Shown piece after piece: positions 25,001 through 31,023 of a DNA stretch of 31,023 bases (position 1 is the stretch's first letter; each line of letters opens with the position of its first letter). The position numbers and the translations under genes are program-made. Under the pieces are notes generated by a model. It made no database searches, was not told the origin of the DNA, and was given only the letters and a program-made list of their open reading frames with translations. The stretch is taken from positions 1-31,023 of IMG/VR virus record IMGVR_UViG_3300008459_000232; one strand, given 5' to 3'. Origin of the DNA: a virus. Its lineage: Duplodnaviria; Caudoviricetes.

Positions 25001-27965
25001 TCCTACAGCACGTATTGGCAACACTACTTTGTTTGTTAAAACAGGAACATTTGAAGAAGTATTACCAATTATTATTCCTGCTGAAACAGCTATTGTTGGA
25101 GACGAATTACGTTCTACAAGAATTGTAGCAGCTGGCAGTTTTGTAAATTTAACTGATGTTCCTTATAGTTTATCAGCATTAGCCAGACTAAAAGCTGTAA
25201 TTGGCCTTGCTATTACTGCACCTGGTTCTATTGTTAAGACAACTGGCAATGCATTAAATCCTGTTACAACACGGCCTGTAGGTTCAGCAGGTGCTGGAAC
25301 TGCTGCACAAGCATTGATCCAAAATATTGATGATTATATTGATTTTAAAATCAATGCTAATGGAAGTGCTCCTGCGATGACAGGAACAATTACACCTAAC
25401 ACTACAACTGAGTATACATATGCGTTAGATTCATTAGAAGCTAACAGAGCATTTTTAAAAGCAGAAATTATTGCTTATATTGCACTTACATTTAGCGGTT
25501 ACACATATGATACAGCAGCATGTGCAAGAGATGTTGACAGATACATTGACGCAGTTAAACATGATTTAATCTATACTGGAAACTATCGTTCATTACTAGC
25601 AGCAAGATATTATGTTAATGCAGTAAACGGTTCAACATTGGAAGACATGTTCTATGTAAGAAATGGTACAGGTTTAAGAAACTGCACCCTTGCTGGCCTA
25701 AATGGAGTATTAGGCTCACCTAACTCCTACGGAACACGTCGACCTACAGCTGGCGCATATGTTAGCTTAGATCCAGGATGGGGACACGGCGATCAACGTG
25801 CTTGGATTACTACACGAAGCCCATATGTACAAAACGTTACTACATTCGGTACTGGATGCGTAGGTCAAAAAGTTGACGGAAGTCTACATGCAGGCGGTAA
25901 CGATTCTATTGTTTCTAACGATTTTACACAGGTATTGTCAGACGGCATTGGTGCATGGGTTACTAATCTAGCTAGAGCAGAACTTGTATCAGTATTCTCA
26001 TACTACGGACACATTGGTTACCTAGCTGAAAACGGCGGTAAGATTCGTGCTACCAACGGTAACAGCTCATATGGTGATTTTGGTTGTGTTGCTGAAGGAG
26101 TTGATGCTACTGAAACAGCAATTACTGCAACAGTAGATAATCGCACATTTGACGCAATTGTAGCAAATGTTTTTACCAGCGGAAGTCAAGTATATGTACT
26201 TGAATATTTAAATGCAGGTGTTGGATATACAACATCAACTACTGCAATATTAACAATCAGCAACCTAAGTTTTGCAAACGGACTTAGAACTCAAGGTACT
26301 TACCTTGGTATTACTGGAACTTCAAGCGGCCCTGGAACAGGTCAAGAATTTATTATTAATATTGATGATGCAGGGTTGCCGGCTGTAACTATTGTCAAGG
26401 GCGGGACAGGACACGTAGCTACTAATGTGATCACTATTGCCGCAGCATTAATTGGCGGCACTGGTCCAGATGTGACATTTACTATTGCCACTGTAGGCAA
26501 AGCTACACAATTCTCAGTAACTGGAGAAGGATTTGGAGCCGTAGTTAATAATGCAGTAGTGGGCAACGGATCAGTATATGAAGTTAGATTATTAAATCCA
26601 GCTGATAATTTTGGTGGATTAGATTATGTAACTGCTACAAACGTTGCAGCTGAAGGTACTAGCACACAGATTGTCATTTCAAATACAGACAATGCTCTAG
26701 ATGCAGCTTATGTAGGAATGGCAATTTTTATTACATCAGGTAAGGGTGTGGGACAGTACGGATACATTAATTCTTATAACAGCGGAACAAAAACTGCACA
26801 AATCCGCAAAGTTAGCGACGATACTGCTGGATGGGATCATCTAGTGTCAGGTACTGCTATTCAAGCAACGCTTGATGAAACAACAACATATGTTATTGAA
26901 CCAAGATTAACATTTAGCGCACCTCCATCAGGAACACGGGCATTTGGCCGTGCAAGAGTTGAAGATGGTAAGATTGTTCAAATTAGAATCATTGAACCAG
27001 GTACTGGCTATGTATCTGCCCCAACAATGACTGTAACGGATCCTAACAACACTGTAGAAGTACCGCACCAAGTTAGAATTGGCGATGGTGTATTACGCCA
27101 GCCAACTTGGACTAATCGCGGCACAGGATTTGTAACTTCACAAGTTGAAATCACAGGTGATGGATATGCTGATCTATATCAGCCTGGACGATATGTACAA
27201 GTTGCAGGTCTAACAGAAGTGCCACAAGCAGGCGCAAACGTTACATTTTCTGGCATTCCTGGTGACTATTATAAACTAGTTAGCGTAACACAACTGTTAG
27301 GCAATGGTCCATATAGTGCTAGATTACAAGTTAGTCCTGATATAACGATTACACATGCGCCAACACACGGAGATGCTGTTGAATTAAGAATACGCTACAG
27401 TCAAGTTCGATTAACAGGACACGACTTTTTAGATATTGGTACTGGAAATTTTGCCAATACCAACTATCCAGGTATTCCGTTAATAGCACCAGACCCGCTT
27501 GATGAAACAGTTGACGCTGGCGGTGGTCGTGTGTTCTATACATCAACCGACCAAGATGGTAACTTTAGAGTTGGTGAATTGTTCAGTATTGAACAGGCTA
27601 CTGGTGTTGCAACATTAAACGCTGATGCATTTAATATTTCTGGACTACAAGAACTACAACTTGGTGCAGTTTCGCTAGGTGGAACTAGTGCAGTTATTAC
27701 TGAGTTTTCAACAGACGGTACATTTACTGCTAACAGCGATAATATTGTACCAACGCAAAAAGCTATTAAAACTTATATTGCAAGCCAAATTGGCGGCGGA
27801 GCAGGCGAGTTGAACGTAAATAGCATTACGGCAGGTTATGTGTTAATTTCTACAAACGAAATAACCACAACAGATCTGCGTCAAATTAACATTTTACAGA
27901 AAGTAAATTTTGTTGCCGGTGTAGATGGCCAACCTCTAGCACTGAATTATTACTTATTATCATAA
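22086..27965 (+). CDS. Giant virion structural/fibre protein (1959 aa), paralogue of 17101..22056
   Basis: N-terminal MAEFKLGRIRFIW. Eight CBM5/12-like repeats. Beta-helix core interrupted by two helical CARD-motif segments and several inserted domains. Same C-terminal motifs as the paralogue. SD GGAG. Confidence 0.82.
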   Translation: MAEFKLGRIRFIWKGDWSDITVYYKDDIVRNGGNTYVCVAGHTSSAEFPIDSIKWNKISDGQVWKDSWLPATYYNQNDIVKNGGYLYIANTAHTSAATEILGLEDAQHVAITGVSIDGIAGQFSCDDTVLDIDSAIIVSGTTFSSGSIVGYVNPKTYYVIATNGVNTFTLSATKGGPAVVTTASTGAVTGITFTTSYWDIFTEGFNYTGDWGIGQRYKINDIAKYGSSVYICTVQHTSAATFALGLESEQNVELENVVITSIAGQFSCDATILDIDAAIIVSGTTFSTGSIVGYTNPKTYYIIETNGTTTFTLSATKGGPAVVTTASTGAVTGITFKNSKWNLFADGLTWNDVWNPDTRYKRNDVVRYGGTLYICVEGHTSAATAALGLEDDQAKWEYAHKGIEYLGNWQGSTPGPAVRYKINDVVKYGGGLWICVTPHTSQTYLTDDESKWEQFVEGLEFEDSWLNTTRYQPGDFVTYGGYSYVAKSNNLNAKPTASPSDWDLFTTGFRFVEDWSNTVDYLVGDVIRISGYTYLCMLDHIGQRPPNTLYWQRLNSGFVWQDAWTNGDIYNIGDAVRYNDNSYLCIANHTADQVTLQNRPDQDVTGLAWNIISGGAESGNMTTQGDLVYYGGAGPTRLPIGEPGQILKVNTLGNAPEWQFFGAINNVFYISGDRGVDSPAPGYGVTLDRPWATIRYAAEQVEAGAIRYNAKTLLQLNRSFIQAEVVNYVTWNIANPTGIWVGFTNDDPVKCARDIGQIIDAIVWDISHGGNVRTREAALTYFSGGNITATGATYTPTTGLLTITSNAHGLSVGNTVRLAQGSLTFTCASDGNTVPYSYPRPSDPANGQNLLVSGVTLNTFTINVGVSSETSAHTFVSATANGITKSGTALIAAIADEDDQLVASINYMVTVADAVLSNLAPAVNYQTLNAVGSPITQVVDISYTEETDAQALVASLASIISTAVTAGVSTGIPTARIGNTTLFVKTGTFEEVLPIIIPAETAIVGDELRSTRIVAAGSFVNLTDVPYSLSALARLKAVIGLAITAPGSIVKTTGNALNPVTTRPVGSAGAGTAAQALIQNIDDYIDFKINANGSAPAMTGTITPNTTTEYTYALDSLEANRAFLKAEIIAYIALTFSGYTYDTAACARDVDRYIDAVKHDLIYTGNYRSLLAARYYVNAVNGSTLEDMFYVRNGTGLRNCTLAGLNGVLGSPNSYGTRRPTAGAYVSLDPGWGHGDQRAWITTRSPYVQNVTTFGTGCVGQKVDGSLHAGGNDSIVSNDFTQVLSDGIGAWVTNLARAELVSVFSYYGHIGYLAENGGKIRATNGNSSYGDFGCVAEGVDATETAITATVDNRTFDAIVANVFTSGSQVYVLEYLNAGVGYTTSTTAILTISNLSFANGLRTQGTYLGITGTSSGPGTGQEFIINIDDAGLPAVTIVKGGTGHVATNVITIAAALIGGTGPDVTFTIATVGKATQFSVTGEGFGAVVNNAVVGNGSVYEVRLLNPADNFGGLDYVTATNVAAEGTSTQIVISNTDNALDAAYVGMAIFITSGKGVGQYGYINSYNSGTKTAQIRKVSDDTAGWDHLVSGTAIQATLDETTTYVIEPRLTFSAPPSGTRAFGRARVEDGKIVQIRIIEPGTGYVSAPTMTVTDPNNTVEVPHQVRIGDGVLRQPTWTNRGTGFVTSQVEITGDGYADLYQPGRYVQVAGLTEVPQAGANVTFSGIPGDYYKLVSVTQLLGNGPYSARLQVSPDITITHAPTHGDAVELRIRYSQVRLTGHDFLDIGTGNFANTNYPGIPLIAPDPLDETVDAGGGRVFYTSTDQDGNFRVGELFSIEQATGVATLNADAFNISGLQELQLGAVSLGGTSAVITEFSTDGTFTANSDNIVPTQKAIKTYIASQIGGGAGELNVNSITAGYVLISTNEITTTDLRQINILQKVNFVAGVDGQPLALNYYLLS
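22440..23093 (+). repeat. Direct repeat of ~225 nt at a 429-nt offset (22440-22664 and 22869-23093)
   Basis: Includes a 67-nt exact match, 22594-22660 = 23023-23089. Encodes a duplicated ~88-aa inserted domain. Confidence 0.92.
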
Positions 27966-27978
27966 AGGGAGAATACAA

Positions 27979-28299
27979 ATGGCATCAGGAATTTTAGGCA
28001 CACCGGCCGATTTAGCAGCAGGTTCATATACAACCTTGTATACAGTACCTGCAAGTACGTTTGCAGTAGCCAGTGTGTCGATCGTAAATAGATCAAATAC
28101 CGCGTTAACAATCAGATTAGCCTGTTCAACACTAGCTACTCCAACAAATGCAGAGTTTATTGAATATGACTCTACAATAGCTCCAAAAGGAATACTTGAA
28201 AGAACTGGTATAGTTTTACAAGCTGGTAAACTTTTAGTAGCGTACTCAAGTGCAGTTAACTGCAATGCTGTAGTATTCGGCATTGAGACTGCGACATAA
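27979..28299 (+). CDS. Small beta-rich structural protein, ~110-aa family copy 3 (more divergent)
   Basis: TLYTVPA...SIVNR...IEYDSTIAPKGILERTGIVL...VVFGIE. Same length and hydrophobic pattern as copies 1 and 2. SD GGGAG. Confidence 0.68.
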   Translation: MASGILGTPADLAAGSYTTLYTVPASTFAVASVSIVNRSNTALTIRLACSTLATPTNAEFIEYDSTIAPKGILERTGIVLQAGKLLVAYSSAVNCNAVVFGIETAT

Positions 28300-28302
28300 A
28301 TA
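28295..28302 (+). promoter_or_regulatory. T4-type late promoter candidate (CATAAATA)
   Basis: Overlaps the TAA stop at 28297-28299 and lies 22 nt before the ATG at 28325. Confidence 0.62.
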
Positions 28303-28324
28303 TAACAAGTAAAAGGAAACCGAG

Positions 28325-28642
28325 ATGGGAAGATACATTTCAACAACAGAGACATCGTCTACTGTATTAAGAACCGTAAGTACTACATATACTGCTGTAG
28401 CTAATGATAGAATTGTCTGCACTGCAGGCGGTTTTACAATTACATTACCAGCATCACCATTAGTTAATGATACTATTCAGATCATTGATGCCGTTGGTAC
28501 AATGGGTAGCAGTAATGTGACTGTGGCACGTAACGGACAAGAAATTCAAAACTTAGCAGAAGACTTAGTATTAAACATTAATAACACTGCTATTACATTA
28601 GTTTATACCGGAGTCACATACGGCTGGCTGATCATTAGATAA
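28325..28642 (+). CDS. Stand-alone tail-fibre connector-like domain protein (105 aa)
   Basis: TITLPASP..NDTIQIIDA.G.....VTVARNG..I.....DLVL......TLVY....YGW resembles the repeat domain of T4 gp34-like proximal fibre proteins (recognised from memory). SD AAAGGA. Confidence 0.65.
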   Translation: MGRYISTTETSSTVLRTVSTTYTAVANDRIVCTAGGFTITLPASPLVNDTIQIIDAVGTMGSSNVTVARNGQEIQNLAEDLVLNINNTAITLVYTGVTYGWLIIR

Positions 28643-28651
28643 GGGTGTAAA

Positions 28652-29395
28652 ATGGCAAATTTAACACAATTTTTAGGATTAACAGCAAGTACTGGAGCTT
28701 CGTCGTTGACAGTGTTCCCTGCAGATAGGGGCGACAGTGTACAGAACGGCGGCAGATGCTGTAATTATATAATAGACGGGTCCACTACACGGGTAAACGT
28801 TGAATTATGGGGAGGCGGAGGCGATGGTAATGGTGCTTGTTGTTGTCAGTGGCCATATGCAATGCCTGCACCGGGACAATATGTCTCAAAAACATTTACA
28901 GTAGTATCAGGAGACAGTCTTACTATTTGCGCAGCTGGCTCAGGTTGCTGTTCTCCTAACTGCTGCGGTACACAAGGTCTTCCTAGTTACGTTAATAAAA
29001 ATGGGTCAACACAAGCATATGCTTATGGCGGTCACGGCGGATGTGCTCTTTGTTTTTATAAAAACTTTAACTGCACAGGTATATGCCACCCAGGTTGCAC
29101 AAGAAGAGATAACGGAACAGGCGATTTAGTATACTGTACATACGCAGGCATGAGTGCAACGCATAGTTTTTGCGCAACAGGACACTTTGAAACTGCTGCA
29201 GGCTCTCCAAAATACTCTCAAAATATGAGAATTGGTTTAAGCAGTTGCTCAGGTTCATGGACTAATACCGGATGTTGTAGACTGTGTAATCACTTCCCAG
29301 GTGGTGGTGGTGGTGGTGGTTCTAGCTGCGGTGGACCATGCTGTTGGGGCGGCTGGGGAGCAGGCGGCATGGTTATACTGACATTCTACGGATAA
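28652..29395 (+). CDS. Cys- and Gly-rich protein, putative fibre-tip adhesin, copy 1 (24 Cys in 247 aa)
   Basis: Motifs NGGRCC, ELWGGGG.G.G.CCC, TICA.GSGCC...CCGTQG, FPGGGGGGG and CCWG..GAGG.V. Cys counted by hand. Confidence 0.75.
   Translation: MANLTQFLGLTASTGASSLTVFPADRGDSVQNGGRCCNYIIDGSTTRVNVELWGGGGDGNGACCCQWPYAMPAPGQYVSKTFTVVSGDSLTICAAGSGCCSPNCCGTQGLPSYVNKNGSTQAYAYGGHGGCALCFYKNFNCTGICHPGCTRRDNGTGDLVYCTYAGMSATHSFCATGHFETAAGSPKYSQNMRIGLSSCSGSWTNTGCCRLCNHFPGGGGGGGSSCGGPCCWGGWGAGGMVILTFYG
29300..29320 (+). repeat. Perfect (GGT)7 microsatellite encoding poly-Gly
   Basis: GGTGGTGGTGGTGGTGGTGGT, in frame. Confidence 0.9.
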
Positions 29396-29406
29396 AAGGA
29401 AATATT

Positions 29407-30057
29407 ATGGGAATTAGAGAAAATACTATTATTACAAAAACATGCACTTACGATGCTCCTGATGACTATTTGTATCAAACAAATACATTAGGAAATACAT
29501 GGTCATATGAGTATGAAGGACCAGATAAGTTATGGATTTTTATTAGTGAGGAAACTGGAAGACCATTAAATGGCCAGTGCTTTACAATAAAAGATGATGG
29601 TGATGAAATACCAACACCCCCAGGACAGGTAAAAATTTTAGTGGATGCTAATGTTGATACAGTAATAGCCAGCATGATTTGGAGACACAAGTATTATGAT
29701 TACTTGCCAACTCAAACTGAACAACTTCCAGACGGTACATCATATACAAGACCAATAAATCAACCGCCTGATCATACGTACGAATTTATGGAATGTGTCT
29801 ATAATATTGCTGCTGGAGAATGGGTTAAACCGTTGCCTTGGAAAAAGCCACACGTTACGTGGGACGATTTACGAAAAGCTAGAACTGCAATGTTAGCGGC
29901 ATCAGATAAAACCTTAGCTACTACACTAATGTCGGATCAAGAACGTGCTGCGTTTGAAGTATATCGTCAAAAATTAAGAGATTTGCCAGCAGTATTTGAA
30001 GGTGTTGATCCTTGGAAAGTTATATTTCCAACAGATCCTACGACAGGAGTTAGCTGA
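29407..30057 (+). CDS. Tail fibre assembly chaperone-like protein (216 aa; start revised from 29338)
   Basis: C-terminal WDDLRKARTAMLAASD...YRQKLRDLP...FP is the Tfa/phage tail assembly chaperone pattern. The ATG at 29407 has SD AAAGGA and avoids overlap with the upstream gene. Confidence 0.78.
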   Translation: MGIRENTIITKTCTYDAPDDYLYQTNTLGNTWSYEYEGPDKLWIFISEETGRPLNGQCFTIKDDGDEIPTPPGQVKILVDANVDTVIASMIWRHKYYDYLPTQTEQLPDGTSYTRPINQPPDHTYEFMECVYNIAAGEWVKPLPWKKPHVTWDDLRKARTAMLAASDKTLATTLMSDQERAAFEVYRQKLRDLPAVFEGVDPWKVIFPTDPTTGVS

Positions 30058-30821
30058 TGGCCACACTATCGTCGTTATTTCCAGTCAGTCAGTATCTTGC
30101 TGGTGCTAGCGCATCAGGATCATTTAGTCAATTGTATGTGTACAACACTAGTACAGATAGCCCTCAAAATGGCGGACGTTGTTGTCAATGGACTGTACCT
30201 GCAGGCACTACTTGGATTAGATTTGAGCTATGGGGCGGTGGCAGCGATGGCCCAGGGTCATGTTGCTGTCAACAACCTAATGCAGCCGGAGGTGCAGGGG
30301 CATATGCTAGAAAAACAGTAACTGCAGTTGCAGGTAATACTTACACGATTTGTGCTGGTGGGTCAGGATGTTGTGCTACTGCCTGCTGTGGTACACAAGG
30401 ATTTACTTCTTATGTAACCGGCGGTACTAGTACCGGAGCTGTAAACATGTGTGCAGCAGGAGGTCCTCCATCATGTTCATTATGCTGGGTAGGATATAAC
30501 GGTTGCGGATGTATTGGTAACACTGAAACTTGTCGTAGCGGCAGTTTCACAGGCGCAGATTTTGGATTGCCTGCAATTGGCGGCGCATCAAATCCATCTA
30601 GTTGCGGGTATACTTCTTGGCAATATGTACCTAGTGGACCGTATATTGGCTCAGGTGTTAGACACAGCTGGGACTACTGTAACAGTTCGTCAGGTTGCGC
30701 ATCACTTGGCGGATATGCTTCATTTCCTGGTGGCGGTGGCGGTGGCGGCGTATCTAATGGTGGTGGCTGCTGCTGGGGTAGTCCAGGTGCAGGCGGTCTA
30801 GTAGTGGTATCATATAGATAA
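30057..30821 (+). CDS. Cys- and Gly-rich protein, putative fibre-tip adhesin, copy 2 (21 Cys in 254 aa)
   Basis: Same motif series as 28652..29395. Start coupled to the upstream stop (TGATG). SD AGGAG. Confidence 0.78.
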   Translation: MATLSSLFPVSQYLAGASASGSFSQLYVYNTSTDSPQNGGRCCQWTVPAGTTWIRFELWGGGSDGPGSCCCQQPNAAGGAGAYARKTVTAVAGNTYTICAGGSGCCATACCGTQGFTSYVTGGTSTGAVNMCAAGGPPSCSLCWVGYNGCGCIGNTETCRSGSFTGADFGLPAIGGASNPSSCGYTSWQYVPSGPYIGSGVRHSWDYCNSSSGCASLGGYASFPGGGGGGGVSNGGGCCWGSPGAGGLVVVSYR

Positions 30822-30830
30822 GGAATAGCA

Positions 30831-31023
30831 ATGTCAAATTTAAGAACTTTATTATATACTGGCGCTGCTACTATAACAAGTGCTAGTTTATTAGAATTTG
30901 CAGTTGCAAATACAAATGAAACTCAAAATAACGGAGGCTGTTGCCTACTATGGACAGTACCTACAGGCAAATCTTATATTAAGTTTGAAATGTGGGGCGG
31001 TGGTGGCGGTGGCGGTGGCGCAT
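30831..31023 (+). CDS. Cys- and Gly-rich protein, copy 3 (partial, runs off the window)
   Basis: SD TAAGGA, then MSNLRTLLYTGAATITSASLLEFAVANTNETQNNGGCCLLWTVPTGKSYIKFEMWGGGGGGGGA. Not in the supplied ORF track. Confidence 0.8.
   Translation, partial: MSNLRTLLYTGAATITSASLLEFAVANTNETQNNGGCCLLWTVPTGKSYIKFEMWGGGGGGGGA

Noticed and set aside
8230-26495. Inserted domains as inteins or introns
   Set aside because: There are no His-Asn/Cys-Ser-Thr splice junctions, no homing endonuclease motifs and no frame interruptions.
29338-29406. Longer start for the chaperone-like gene
   Set aside because: It overlaps the upstream gene by 58 nt. The ATG at 29407 has a clear SD and normal spacing.
143-29690. 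The many short minus-strand ORFs in the track (60-180 aa)
   Set aside because: All lie antisense to long, well-supported + strand genes and read as codon-bias shadows. None has a recognisable motif.
30097-30801. Alternative-frame + strand ORFs (30097..30321, 30514..30801; likewise 6641..6823 and 19370..19582)
   Set aside because: They are nested in stronger genes, with no convincing SD or motif.
28652-30821. Cys-rich genes as RiPP precursors or metallothioneins
   Set aside because: At ~250 aa with conserved beta-strand and Gly motifs, and in a fibre/chaperone context, they fit folded structural proteins better. No maturation enzymes are present in the window.
1-31023. Stop-codon reassignment, CRISPR array, tRNA genes or invertible segments
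   Set aside because: Genes tile densely under the standard code, with TAA and TGA stops followed by SD and start. Intergenic gaps are too short for arrays, the two long leaders lack tRNA cloverleaf motifs, and I noticed no recombinase or flanking inverted repeats.

Overview
All genes lie on the + strand. The window is the late (virion) region of a large T4-superfamily-like tailed phage. It opens with the head module: the tail end of a probable core protein, the gp21-type prohead protease, a gp22-like scaffold and a short 391-aa gp23-type major capsid protein, closed by a GCAA hairpin and a C(UUCG)G terminator. About 28 kb of fibre-like structural genes follow. These include two pairs of giant paralogues (1581/1839 aa and 1651/1959 aa) that share a beta-helix-like core and carry different inserted domains, three dispersed ~110-aa paralogues each placed right after a fibre class, and an array of at least three Cys- and Gly-rich proteins with a tail-fibre-chaperone-like gene. 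Five T4-late-like (A/C)TAAATA promoter candidates are visible. Two of them precede long multi-hairpin 5' leaders that look like cis-regulatory RNAs. The most notable signals are the repeating three-tier fibre/adaptor/small-protein organisation, the Cys-rich putative tip proteins, the two structured leaders and a phycocyanin-like KCARDIG motif. I saw no tRNA, CRISPR array, integrase, intron or intein. Family assignments come from motif recognition by eye, not from database searches.
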